Assembly (NCBI GenBank): GCA_051362555.1
Contig: CM120640.1
Coordinates: 57,886,788-57,950,787 of the forward strand
DNA: 64,000 nt
Source: Lingula anatina
Taxonomy: Eukaryota; Animalia; Brachiopoda
Direction: 5' to 3'
The notes under the pieces were generated by a model. It ran no database searches. It worked only from the letters and a program-made list of their open reading frames with translations, and had not been told where the DNA came from. A program made the translations under genes and the position numbers. Positions 25,609 to 37,954 of this stretch are shown here, in pieces (positions within the stretch are counted from its first letter, which is position 1; each line of letters starts with the position of its first letter).

Positions 25609-26082
25609 CTGTTATATATATACGATTGCAGAAAGCCGATAGTATTTTTGCAAAAAAGAAAAAGTTAAAGGACCTACAGTTTCATTGAGCAAATATATTT
25701 AAATGCACATTGAGCAATTACATTTTGAGAGCGGTAAGTTGTATTATTATCATCTCCAGGTTGTTAATGTTTCTCTGTAAAACAGTAAGGTCTGCACGAA
25801 ACCCACCAGCAAGTTTAGCATTCTACTGGTTGGTCTTTATACTTTTATACTTTTTATACAAAATCATGCTCACTTTGTCTTTCTTTAAATATCGCGGCAG
25901 TACAATAATGTGAGCATTTAGTATGGTATTGAATATGTGTTGGTGCTTGCTACAATCTAGACATTAAAATCTCCGTTGTGCTTTCCAATTTATAGTTCAA
26001 ATTGGATTACTCGAAATAGTGCGCAGAATTACACACAAAGTAAAAGTACATATCGTTATTTAAATGCCGTAAATGAGGAAAT

Positions 26083-27288
26083 TTACGTTGTCCTTGGGCC
26101 AGGCGAATTAGGCGGGTTTTGTGTTGCCCATTCTACATCCTCGTTAGCTTCTGGGACAATGTTGTCTAGAGCCGTTTTGGCAGATTTGGCAGATTTTGAA
26201 GAAGCGGTTGTTCGTCTTTCCATCCTAGATGATCGGATTCTAAAATATTCATCTAAATCGCTGTGAGCACCAATATCAGAATACAAAGTCCCGGACCGTC
26301 TGTCACGTGACCTTGGTCTATTCATTTCCTCCATCAGTTGTAATATGGACGTGTCTGAGTGAGCTTTAGTTTGCTTTGCTAGTACCGTAGACACCTGCAT
26401 ATCTTGCTGTCCGGGAGAATATAATTGGTTAAAATTCACATAACTATCCACGTGTTCAAATTGGTACTTAAAGTTGCCAAAGGCAGTTGGTCGTTTGTTC
26501 TTGTTAATGTTTTTGTATGGGTTTAGGTAATTTCTCCTCTGCATGAACTGGGTGTTATGTCGTAATTTAACATTATGCCCTTGCATCGATGAAGAGGAAT
26601 CCCTTGGTTGCCGAATATTCAAACAAGCTTGTAGTTTATCTATATCTGTAGGTTTCTCTGCTTTGATAGAACGCTTCATTCGTTTGGGGAAACGTCTGTA
26701 TGAGCTGTACTCTGTACTCGTTTCGAAGTCGCTCGTGCTTGGTCCAAGATAAACCCCAGCGATTTCTAACTCCCTTCCGTGGTTTATCCTAGAAACATGT
26801 GGCTCTGAAAGACCTTGAGGAGTGGGTATAGATGTCAGCGAAGGAAGATTTAATACTTTAAACGGCTGATTCCCTGTTGTGTACTTTCCTTTTTGGTTAC
26901 CACTTAGATTACCATCTTCTTGTGCTGCTGGTCTCGGTAAATGCATTGAGGACGTAGTCTTTGAACGCGTTAAATAATCATGCCCAGGATGTGAAACGGT
27001 AGTCCCCGTTATTACGAAATCTTGTACTCCCATATTGTCTTTTGGATTTTTTCTTGTCACTGAAATCTTCTTGCCGTAAAACCCAGTGCGATTGTTCAGT
27101 GGATTAAGCAACACATCCGTGGGGCCGGTGCCAACGGGTTCAAGAGCTACGTCTTCCATGTCAAAGAATATGTTTGGATCAAAAGCCCCTTGTGTAAAAG
27201 GACGTTCATTGCCTTGTCGCGGTCTTAAGTCTCCTTTACGCGGAACAGGATTACCGTGCACTTTTAGTCGTTCTATTGCCGTGGCCAT
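26083..27288 (-). CDS. Orphan basic, probably disordered protein with an intronless CDS (~401 aa, starts MATAIERL)
   Basis: A 1.2-kb stop-free frame in AT-rich DNA. ATG at 27288 is in a strong context (AAG-ATG-G). A strong upstream acceptor at ~27800 (ttttatttctgttttacatag) suggests a spliced 5' UTR. No domain recognised. Confidence 0.75.
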   Translation of the reverse strand: MATAIERLKVHGNPVPRKGDLRPRQGNERPFTQGAFDPNIFFDMEDVALEPVGTGPTDVLLNPLNNRTGFYGKKISVTRKNPKDNMGVQDFVITGTTVSHPGHDYLTRSKTTSSMHLPRPAAQEDGNLSGNQKGKYTTGNQPFKVLNLPSLTSIPTPQGLSEPHVSRINHGRELEIAGVYLGPSTSDFETSTEYSSYRRFPKRMKRSIKAEKPTDIDKLQACLNIRQPRDSSSSMQGHNVKLRHNTQFMQRRNYLNPYKNINKNKRPTAFGNFKYQFEHVDSYVNFNQLYSPGQQDMQVSTVLAKQTKAHSDTSILQLMEEMNRPRSRDRRSGTLYSDIGAHSDLDEYFRIRSSRMERRTTASSKSAKSAKTALDNIVPEANEDVEWATQNPPNSPGPRTT

Positions 27289-30200
27289 CTTGTAAAGGTG
27301 AGCTAAAACTATGATTGAGCGGTGCAATACTTGCACTGTTATCAGTACTTTGCAATAGCGATGAGTTTCTCTGTTTAATTCATGACATTTTCGATCGATT
27401 TTGTCCGTCAAATGTTCAACACTGGAACATCACGATCTACATACAAATTCATCCTGTCCATTCTTTAAAGATTCGATATCAATAACTTGCGGACGGCAAT
27501 GATGGATAAAAAGTGATGGAACAATTTTAACTTGTCGATTTGTTGTTTGCAAATCGTAGATTCTGCTGAATATGAAACAAAGATGGATGTAATTATTTGC
27601 TTCCTTTGTTGATTTCCCAGCATTCCCGTTGTCCACAGCGCATTGCGTGTGACAGTGATATTTTAGATGCCGGATGCTAAAATCTTGTATGGTTCCTTCT
27701 TGGAAGAAAATTTAGATAGTCTGAACAGAAGATGGAGAATGTCTCTTCGCTGTGTGAATGAATTATATGCAGACGAGAGACGAGACGGCAAGCATACACC
27801 TATGTAAAACAGAAATAAAACTTCTATAAATACCATAACTAAATGCAGAAAAATAGATATCAACAATTATTCCAATTAATTAGCATTAAAATACACCAGT
27901 TGTTATTGTTTCATACGGCACCTCAATTCGAAATCTGTGCGTAGGCCATGTTTCAAAACATGATACCAATTCCACAGTCAGTAATACCGCTTGTCGACAC
28001 AAAAAGCCTAGGTAAACAAGGTGTCTTAACATAAGCCAGTCTGATCGCAAGTGAAAAGTTCATCACTCAGTTCAGTTATAATCTGTTATTCGTTTCCACC
28101 AAAGCAATACCGTGAGATTAGTTCATGTTGAGACTTACTCATTACAGTTTTTACGTAGGTTTTAAAACAATGTCACTCTGGGACCAAAATTATAATAATA
28201 ATGGCCAGAGCGTCCAATTCAAGACCATGCAGTGCTCGGAGTAATACGTACAGGTGTATTTCTCCATACATGGAGAAGTGAAGATATAAACTACACCTAT
28301 TCATGTGTATTCCTAGAGCATCTGTTATCTCTGATAATTTTTTCTGTAATTAAGTATTTTGCACCAAAACCTCTTGAGACATTTCTCCTAAAAATTTGAC
28401 AATTTACCTTGTACTGCGGTACATAAGTTCTCTGTCATAAATAAAATCAATCCCCACGATATTGTTTCAAAATCCGTAGGAAATGACCACATTAATTCCA
28501 TACAATTGTTTGCATGAACAAGGACAAAGTAATGAACTGCATGATTGAAAACAATTGTTTGATTGATTTTAGTTGTTTCCGATGTTTGCATTAGCAACCC
28601 CATTTTGTGGACTACGTAACACGCCCGCGCTGCTTGTTATAAGGAGGGTTGTTTTGATCGTATATTTTCTGTTTAATCAACGTTAATGAATGGTAGTACA
28701 CGTCAATAACTCAGTCACAAGGTCAACCCTATTGATATTGAAAACTTGTTTATGATATATTTTGCGAATACAATTCTTCTGAAGAAAATAGGGAATCATA
28801 AATAACCATTTGTGATATATTATGTACCAATCGCGTCTTTTTGCCAAAAACATTGAAATAAAAGAAAAACAATGTCAATCAAGTTCAGTTCATAGTGTGC
28901 AAATTTTTGTGCAAATTGTTCTCGTTTTCTAAGTTGCAATTATGTTGATTCTTACAAATGCTTGTATCAGTTTGAGCAACTTTTGAAAGTCACCTTTTCA
29001 CTGTATGTGTATGGAATACATGTATGAATACAGATCATTAAAACCCAATACGACACGAGAGTGCAGAAGGAGTCGGGGATGGGGGGGGGGGGGGGGGATT
29101 GAGCGATGAAATCTACCCACACAGCTGTCACTTTAAACATATCATATAAGTTTTTAGCTATTTTTTTTCTTTTTTTATCAGTAAGACTTCTCAATTAACA
29201 AGACAGCTAGCTCTTTGACTAACGTTTGCCTCTTTGCCTAACGTTGTTAGTTCGTGTTCTATCGTTGTACGCTTCTGAACATGAAATTTCTTACTAGTGT
29301 CATTCTATTATATATGATAATATGATATACATGTGCATTGCTAGAACTTTGATATTGACAGCTACTTTTTCCTGAATAATTTTGGAAAGATAGATAACAC
29401 TAGCTAGATAAACTAATATATTATAGGTTTTGCTAAGATGGACCACCACGATCAAACCTGAGACGGATATCACAGCGTCAACAAATGTTTATAGATGTAA
29501 CTTACCCTCTTAAAAATAGCATCAAGTGCAACATTTCATAAAGAACATCAAATATTTTCTCTTACGAAAAAAAATATCAGATTCAAAGTGATGAAATCTT
29601 AACCACATACACTTACCTTAAATAAGAAAACAGTTCAAAACTTCCTAAATATGCAATTGCAATCTAACGCTATCCCACTCTGTGGTCTAATTTGCGAAAT
29701 GACTAAGTTTGTCTTTCCGTAATTGAACATATTTTGTCAAGAATAAAAAGTTGTCATGCATGATTTCTAACGACCACCTGAGACGCCAGTCGACAACAAT
29801 AATACAGACGTTAATATACTGCAACCCAAACGAATATAGATATCCAGCTATAGTACAGGACATTATCAAATAAAGGTCCAACTCACGGGCATGAAAATAT
29901 TTACCTTTCAGCTATCATAATATGTCAACACAGTTATCTGACGCGCGCTTGAAGACGCAGCAGGCTCCTTCTTCTCGACTCTTTTTCTGACTCCGTTTGC
30001 TTTAGAGACGTCTGAGTTCGCTTAATCATACCCCCAGAATGGAGGACTACAATAAAGTTAGTACCTTTGTGTACACATATTTTATGCCTGATATTGTGCA
30101 ACCAGTACAACACAGGTGCATTGTGGCAGAAAGATGTGGGTTTGCACGGTGAGACCTTTGATCCACTTTATTTCATCAATTAAAATATTTCTATCCAAGC

Positions 30201-30945
30201 CCGTGTGCATTGTTGGTTGTTTAAGTTCTAAACACAAACGCTTACATTTTCCTTACTAAGCACGTCGAAATGGACAACAAATTAGGTTCTTAGTCTGGGC
30301 ACCGCTTCGTTTGATGTGCAAATAATGCTTATTTTGTGTGCGTTCGTTCATTGTTAATTAAGTTGTAGTTTCACGTGCTAACTGAAAGACACAACAAAAA
30401 TGCTACTGATAGTGTTACAACTTTAAGTCGACATCTTACAAGTTTTACCATATTTTATCTAAAATCAGTCTATTTTCATCTCTACAAGGTATTTGAAAGA
30501 AATATTGGTCAGTTAGACAACGAAAATATATATAACAAACAACACTAGGTCGGACATAACGGATTATGGTCACCGCGTCCTTATCAACACAAACTTATTG
30601 TATTTTAAGATCATAACAATTTTGACCACGTCAGTTTTAGAAAAAGTAGATAGTAGTTCAAAATAATACATCAGTCTAAATATGAATGACGTTTTTTTTT
30701 TTTGTATCAAATTTCTATAGAAACATTGAAATGCGTTTAAAATATTCTACGTTGAGGTTTTCATTTGTCGTGGGCTCAACATTTTAAGCAACTGATACAG
30801 TTTATGTAGAATGAATGTAATAAATATGACTGTAATACTCGTAGCGTTCTGTTATAAATTTGAGAAATCCTTCGTAAAATCAAATGGATGACACACAAGG
30901 AAACCTTTTTGGAAAATGAGACTTTATATTTGAAGAACCGAATTA

Positions 30946-30988
<43 letters not shown>

Positions 30989-30990
30989 AT
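30946..30990. repeat. (AAAT)n microsatellite
   Basis: Perfect tetranucleotide run. Confidence 0.95.
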
Positions 30991-31627
30991 ATAGTAAAAT
31001 GGACTCAAAAAATATTCATTTTCATCTGAGACCCCAAACTGTACATTGGTTTTTGGTCTCCATCTGTCCTATTAGAAGAACCGAATTGCACACAAAAAAT
31101 AAAGAAAATGAATACAGATTGATGGATTCAATAAATCTTCATTTTCAATCAAGGCTCTTAGTCTACATGCAAGTTCATTTTTTTTACAGACGGCATCTGC
31201 TTCCACGAGTGCTTTTGCGCTAAACAAAAGCTCTCTCCATACAAAGGTGTAGGTTCGGAAAGACAGGTACAAAAATGCAATCCATGCTTAAAAGAGCTTA
31301 ATCACTTACTTTCTAGCTAAAAAACAGGAATACAAATTAGAAGATTTAGAATAGTTTCTATCCCTGTTGAATGTGTCAATGATGGGATTTATGCGTACCA
31401 GTTAGGTTCTTTTTTGGGAGAAAATAAGTGCAGCGTGAAGAAAACAGTCTTTTAGTGTAAAAGGTAAATATCCCGAGGAATGTTCACCCTAAATTAATGC
31501 TCGGTGGAAGAATTCACACTGTGAACTTAAGTGTAACCTACATGGAAATTACAAAATTACACGTCGTAGCTTCATATTTCGAGTAAGCTATAAATTAAAT
31601 ACTAACAATTGTGATCAAAATATTTGA

Positions 31628-31666
<39 letters not shown>

Positions 31667-31681
31667 TGTGCGAACGTACAT

Positions 31682-31722
<41 letters not shown>

Positions 31723-32724
31723 TTTTGATAAATATTTTTTTATTAAAATCAATGCATTTTTTTTTCATAAATTGTGTTTTAACCGTGCTCGATGTCGGGT
31801 GTTTCCGTTTTCTTTCTCTCGGCTTTCGCACACGTCACATGCGTAGCAACCAACCACTCGTAACAGAACCGTTGTATTATTGGTATTTACTTAACCAGAT
31901 TACAAGCAAAAGCAAACATTGAATTGCAACCTAATCTTTCCTTTTCTTTACTTCCATAATTGCAGGCACTAAAATGCATGTGTTTTATATTTGCTCAACC
32001 ACAATTATCAATTGCAATACAAAAACATTTTTCAAGAAAATCGCCTTCTTTAGAATATAAAAACCTGATTTTTTAGGTCACTGATTCGCTTGTCTAGATT
32101 ATTTTTGTCAAAATAACGACCGGACCCTATCATATTAACAACAATAACAACCAGTTATTCATAGGCAAATGTTCATTCAACACCCCCATGGTAGAATAAT
32201 GTTACATAATAACTCTATTGCTATAGGTATTGAGGAAAGGTTGTAAAGGAACATGACGGTTCAGCCAGAAATGTATACAGTAGTCAGGTGAAACGGTTAA
32301 AGGGCAAAAATGTCACATCACTAACAGATTTGTGTGCAGCGTTTACAAGAATTTCGACATATTTAACAGGTAAAGGAAGGACTTATGTCGCAAGGCGTAG
32401 TTATTCTTCAGACTTGAAGACCACGTTTTTTATAGTCAAACATATTCAGTGACACCAATATTCATTCGAAGTTGTGATCTCATTTGCTTTATTTCATTCA
32501 AAGTGTTTTCGGTGAACACATAAACAGGCAATAATTCAAGACTAGAGTTGCAGAGAGGAACCATGTAATAGCAGTCGATAAAATGGACAATAATCGAAGT
32601 CGAAGGTGGTGAACCTAATCGAGTATTGCCCTTTCTATCGATGGATCCATTATAGAGAATATTTCGGTGCAGGTGCCCGTTGGAGATAGGCAGGTCCAGG
32701 GCTGTTTCAACCTGAACTAAAAGG

Positions 32725-34047
32725 ATGGCGACATTGATGGAATTTGGATTTCTTATACGTGGAAAGACAGCATCTACCAAAAAACTTACGAAGGAAGAGC
32801 TGACCCCCAGGGACAGGGGTGGCTATGCTCATACACGGCACATGTACCCGTATGGAGTCCATGCACCTCCACTCAGTGAGCTGACCGGGAAATATGAAGT
32901 CGATGGAAGATTAGATAAATCAGAAAACGGGGATTTTACTGTGACTGTGGACCATCTTCAAAGAAAGAGTGCTTCAGGTTCCAGACGAGTAACGTTCAAT
33001 TTTGATGAAAAATTAGCAAAGAATTCTATGCCTGCTGGGGGTAAGAGCAGAAACAGTCGCCATGCATCTCCGCCTAGATCTGTCCTTTCCGTAAAAAGAA
33101 AACCACGAGACAGAACAACAGAAGTGTGTCGCAGCGCGGATTCTGCTCTCAGATTTCCACATTACAAATGGAACAACTCGGTCGACCTTAAAAACAAAGT
33201 TCCGATGGCCCCCGATAAAGTGTACAAAAACACGTATCTAGAAAACGCAGCCATTGTCCCAACACACCTTGATCTCCCTATTATAAGCAAGAAATCAAAA
33301 GGTATCGGTGATATATACATCAGCCAGACTTTATATGCAATAGCCACCGACAAAGAACGACAAAAACGAAAGCCTGGTCCTGCGGCTCTCAGGAATCCAC
33401 TGTTGGAAAACTATTATAGATTGTCAAAGCAGCCAATTTTTGATAAGAAAACCATGTACGGGACCGGGGAACAAGAAAAGGACCCTGTTACCGGTAACCT
33501 CTACTCACATCTCCAAAAATCCATAGACACGCTTTCTCCCCGAGATTCTGAATCTCAAAACTCCGACCCTCCTGAGCATGCCAAACCAGTGGGAAGACCT
33601 CTAAAAAGAGAGAAAGTGAAATACTTTCCTCTTCCAGATTCCACAGTAAAGACACCGCCAATGACAGTTCATACGTCTGAAGAAAAGGAATACAAATCAG
33701 CGGAGCTTTACAAGCAATACGTAGAATCAAAACTTCAAAATAAACCAACAAGAACGCCGACAGCACATCGACGTTACAACTCAGCGGCCAGCTCAAACTA
33801 TGGATCTTCCTACGCTTATTTTGACGATGTTATCAACTGCAATCGTCCAACTACTGTGCGAACTATGGATCTCCTAACTCCAACGGAGGAAAACGTGAAG
33901 TGGGAAGAGGACAACACGGCAAACAACGAAGATACAAGTCACGAACAAAATGCTCCAGCTAAAATTTCTGTCAACCACATTTTGGACTATCCGAGCCCAG
34001 TGAATCCAGACACCCCTTCCCCAACACCAGCCGCTCAGACGGGGTGA
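32725..34047 (+). CDS. Orphan basic, Pro/Ser/Thr-rich, probably disordered protein with an intronless CDS (440 aa, starts MATLMEFG)
   Basis: A 1.3-kb ORF with a strong Kozak context (AGG-ATG-G) and an acceptor-like site at ~32435 upstream. No domain recognised. Confidence 0.78.
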   Translation: MATLMEFGFLIRGKTASTKKLTKEELTPRDRGGYAHTRHMYPYGVHAPPLSELTGKYEVDGRLDKSENGDFTVTVDHLQRKSASGSRRVTFNFDEKLAKNSMPAGGKSRNSRHASPPRSVLSVKRKPRDRTTEVCRSADSALRFPHYKWNNSVDLKNKVPMAPDKVYKNTYLENAAIVPTHLDLPIISKKSKGIGDIYISQTLYAIATDKERQKRKPGPAALRNPLLENYYRLSKQPIFDKKTMYGTGEQEKDPVTGNLYSHLQKSIDTLSPRDSESQNSDPPEHAKPVGRPLKREKVKYFPLPDSTVKTPPMTVHTSEEKEYKSAELYKQYVESKLQNKPTRTPTAHRRYNSAASSNYGSSYAYFDDVINCNRPTTVRTMDLLTPTEENVKWEEDNTANNEDTSHEQNAPAKISVNHILDYPSPVNPDTPSPTPAAQTG

Positions 34048-35465
34048 ACATTTGACAAATATTTGATTTTGGTATTTTTTTATTTTATTTTATTTTTATT
34101 TTTATACTTTATGAGAAATTTTACGTGGTTCTGAAAGAAGATTTGTAAAAGAAATACATAATAATTATTTGAAACCATAATGTTAATGTCACTGCAGATT
34201 GGAAACAATGTAGACCAATCTAAAAAAAATACACCAGATTGAGTATTTGTATGTTGCCAAATCACAGTTCACGAATAAGATGTCATGTTAGGTATGGTTT
34301 CACCAGATATAATAGTATATCACCTGCTCACCACACTTCTATAGTAGATAATCTATATTTCGAAGAAGTTATGTGTACACATATCGGAATATTGCAATTT
34401 ACAAAAAACTGTAATCTTGTGTAAACCGTCAAAGTATGGCAATGTGCCTTTAATTGTTATTTCTTCCATTCCTAATGCGCTCCATCTTCAATATTTGGGA
34501 GATCTTTACCTTTATTCATTTTGTGGTTGTTTACAGAGTGCGTATGTTCTCACCCTTACGTCTAAACCAAACAGACTTCTTAAACTTCAGTCGTTGCTCG
34601 GCAAATAACCCATGGGCAGTCACCTCTCATAAAAGGAAAGCGCGACAAATATTATTTTAAGAAACACTCAACAGTCTGTATGCATTGTGTATTGCAATTG
34701 TAACTGTTTACAGGTATTGTTTGACCAGTGCAACGGATTAAGCGTAGGGTTAAAGACCAACTATGTCAAGGTGCAGGTGCGACTTTAAGAATATATGGTG
34801 CTTCTTACATACACCTTTTATAGACAATTGTCCATTTATTTCTAGTACTCGTATGAGACAAAGAACCAAAGAAAAAATCATAGCTGCAATGCAGGAATAT
34901 TTTCAAGTGTATATTAGTTGAAAATTTTAAAGTGTCTAACTTCAGTTAGGACTTGTCCGATTTTTTTCACACTTTACATCTTATTAAAACATTCCATATG
35001 TTTATTGCTCTGACATCGGATGGGCGCTAAGTCTATCTAATTACCTCCATAAGAAAGTCATTGGGTGTAAGTCTTGTACAAATATCACTACGACAATCAG
35101 TTGCTTACATTCCATTTATCTTAATTATTTCCCGATATAATGTAATCACAGCGTGTGGTTAATGGCTAGTCACCCCCACCGCTTATCAAGGTGTGTATTA
35201 TCAAGATAAATTGGCTGGCGTGATAAGCTGTAATGATATCGCTTCTCATGACATTACTGTTACATACACATAAATATTAAAACAAATTTCACAATCAATA
35301 AGAACTGCGGGTTGTGTCTGTTTTTTCAATATCTGCATTCCTGACTTTTGGAGGCGATTAGACGAGGAGCGTTTCGTGTAATAAAATGTGACATAAGCAA
35401 ATTTTGTTTGATATGCACTCTCTCCCTCTCTCTTTCTCTCTCTCTTGCTCTCTCTCTCCCTCTCT

Positions 35466-37954
35466 CTAGCATTTAATATCTACGTCGATTTCCATGTATA
35501 TATCCAATGGCCATAATTCCTTCCTGGTAATATACTGGAGGGCCTGAGTGTTATTTTGGAGATATCCCATTAAAAATGCTGTGGCCATTCCCTGTACAAA
35601 CATACGGTATTCTGGAAGTTGCTTGATATCTTTAGTGATCTTGCAAAGCGGGAGAGACCTGCATGCTGAAATGAAAATACAAGCCGGGTGTCAGTCACTG
35701 TCTCTGTGCAAAATCCAAGAGAAAAAATCCTATATTTTTCTTTTATTATCTATATTTGATGAAGGAAGTATACAATGTACGTATTATACATGTATTACTA
35801 ATCTTTCTATCTTTATGTCTTTCTAAGCAAACTAGGCTTATCTCTAGTAAAATGCGTACATAAAAAAGGGTCTATATTTCGTCTAGCCTTACATACCTTC
35901 CCAAAATGTTGGATTGAGGAGATCACAGTGACCAAAGGTCTGTAATGACAAAAAATGCAAAATGTACATAATAATTTAACCATAAGGTAGAGACATGGGT
36001 TAAGAACATTTTTTGCACACATCTACTGACGATGGTACATGTAATACACCTCCTTGGGTTGGCATATGTATTTTTCTTATTCCATTTTCGCATGTACATG
36101 CTACCTACGCGCATGTAATACACCTCCTTGGGTTGGCACATGTATTATACTTATTCCATTTTCGCATGTACATGCTACCTACGCGCTTTTTTTAAATAAA
36201 AATTGAAATATAACCAACCAATAATTTATTTAAATAATTTCGACAAATGTTTTATTTTATTTTATTCGACTTACTGATATTTCTGTCATGATTCTTGGGC
36301 ACTTCCACATTTTGTAGTAGTGTCTATAGTCGTATCCAGGTATAGCACAGGGGATTATCTCTTCGGAAAGCTGGGTTCCGTAGGCGTAGCCCGGATGAGT
36401 GAAATTAATGGGCGTTTTCAGGGATGCACTGAACGGCTCCAACCACACAGAGGCCTTAAATACGACAATAATACTCTGAATATCTTTTGTGTTTGAAAAC
36501 CAACATTATTCCATAAAAATATGCATGAACGTGTGATCTTTTAATGAAATGCATATGGACGGGATGGTGTCTACAGTCCAATGTAGAAGAAAGTGTGAAG
36601 ATCAGCAAGTTCTTAAAAAGCCTTCATCAGATCCTTTGCATAGACTATAGACTTCTGCTTCCACACTTTCCGGCTGATGTAGGGCTACGGTATCATTTTT
36701 CACTTACCTTAAAAATCGTCTGATTCATCATCACCAGTTGTAACGTGTTGTCGCAGCCAGCAGAATGACAAAGTGTCCCAGCGCGGTCCCATGCCACGTC
36801 AAGATTCAGCTTTTTGGCCAGGTTGCCTTTCAACTGGAAAAGTATCCAATTGATTGGATAAGTGTCCATCGAAAAAACAGTCTTATGCTTTATATTATAA
36901 ATAAAATGCCAATTTTAAATTTCTAGTCAGGAAGTTTCATCACTGTAAAACGTTCCTTTTAGTATTACACCTATTATGAAAAAAAAAAGTACATTTGATT
37001 TGAAGCAAAATGAGAATTAAAAAATGTGCTATTTATAAAGATAGAATAAGAGAGTTTTTTTACACATAATGACACTACATACCCAGTCGTACATTTTGAA
37101 GTATTTGTCCATATCGCGGTAATTAGCACTCGGAATGGTAGATGAACTTAATCCATTTCTGTCAGCCGGCCAGTCCGGATCCATCCCAATAACTATGAAT
37201 CCATGGGACGCAATCTTCGACAGTATATCACTGTAGTTTTCTGACCATATAACGCCATAGAATCCACCAACGAAGAAGATAACTCCAAATGACCCACTGT
37301 TCACTGCTGGGAAGTAGGCTACAACCGTGATGGAAATAAAAAATAGCTAATTTAAGATAAACATTACATTTATCAAGAAATCTTTTTATAATCATTTTAT
37401 AGGCTGGCCAAATGTGCATTCTTGCGTATTGTTCTATATACCTGTTATGAAATACAACTATCCAAGCCCAACTTTTACTAATTTCACAGTTTTTAAATAA
37501 TCAGACCATAACGTATTTATACTTATAAGTGCGACTTCCATTTTTTTAATAATATTTAGTTAAAAATAACTTTACCTACCAGTGGCTTTAATGGGGCTCT
37601 TGTCTTTTAAAATCGAGAGGGTTTTTGATGTGACATTCAGAGGTCCGTTTACAAACGGGTTACCATTGTTGACAAAAACTGCTGCAGAAATAGTGGAAAG
37701 AGAACTGTGAACACCACGCATGTTTTAAGATATGAAAATGTCAATGATACGCTTTACACAGGTTTATATATATTATAGTACTTACAAATAGCCTAAAACA
37801 AAGCAGAACAAAACTTTTAAAACTATGCTTATTAACAAGATAAATGAAAGGTGAATATTTAAAAATCGTTGAAGTAGTGCTCACCTGTTGTCAAAGGAGA
37901 TACAAGTAAAAACAATGCAAACAATACACCACAAAAGATATCAGGGTATCTCAT
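35466..37954 (-). CDS. Secreted chlorophyllase-like alpha/beta hydrolase, 318 aa
   Basis: Seven exons: 37954-37885, 37681-37580, 37318-37083, 36833-36708, 36454-36275, 35939-35897, 35665-35466 (957 nt). Signal peptide MRYPDIFCGVLFALFLLVSPLTTA; NPFVNGPL; VIFFVGGFY...YSDILSKIASHGFIVIG; nucleophile elbow CHSAG; WLEPF; YGTQLS...PCA; FGHCDLLN; CK...YRMFVQGMATAFL. Motif order matches plant/algal chlorophyllases. Confidence 0.85.
36038..36185. repeat. Two-copy 74-bp tandem duplication in an intron of the chlorophyllase-like gene
   Basis: CATGTAATACACCTCCTTGGGTTGGCA...CATGTACATGCTACCTACGCG begins at 36038 and again at 36112, with few mismatches. Confidence 0.9.

Noticed and set aside
27289-27411. 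N-terminal extension of the 442-aa ORF from a TTG start
   Set aside because: The ORF track uses non-ATG starts; in this eukaryotic context the ATG at 27288 with a strong Kozak context is more plausible.
31595-31922. ORFs with THTHTH/VCVCVC repeats (also 13184-13504, 15644-15874, and the IY repeat at 50663-50932)
   Set aside because: Translations of (GT)n/(TA)n microsatellites; no coding features.
36038-36185. Possible CRISPR-like repeat
   Set aside because: Only two adjacent 74-bp copies with no spacers and no cas genes, inside a eukaryotic intron.
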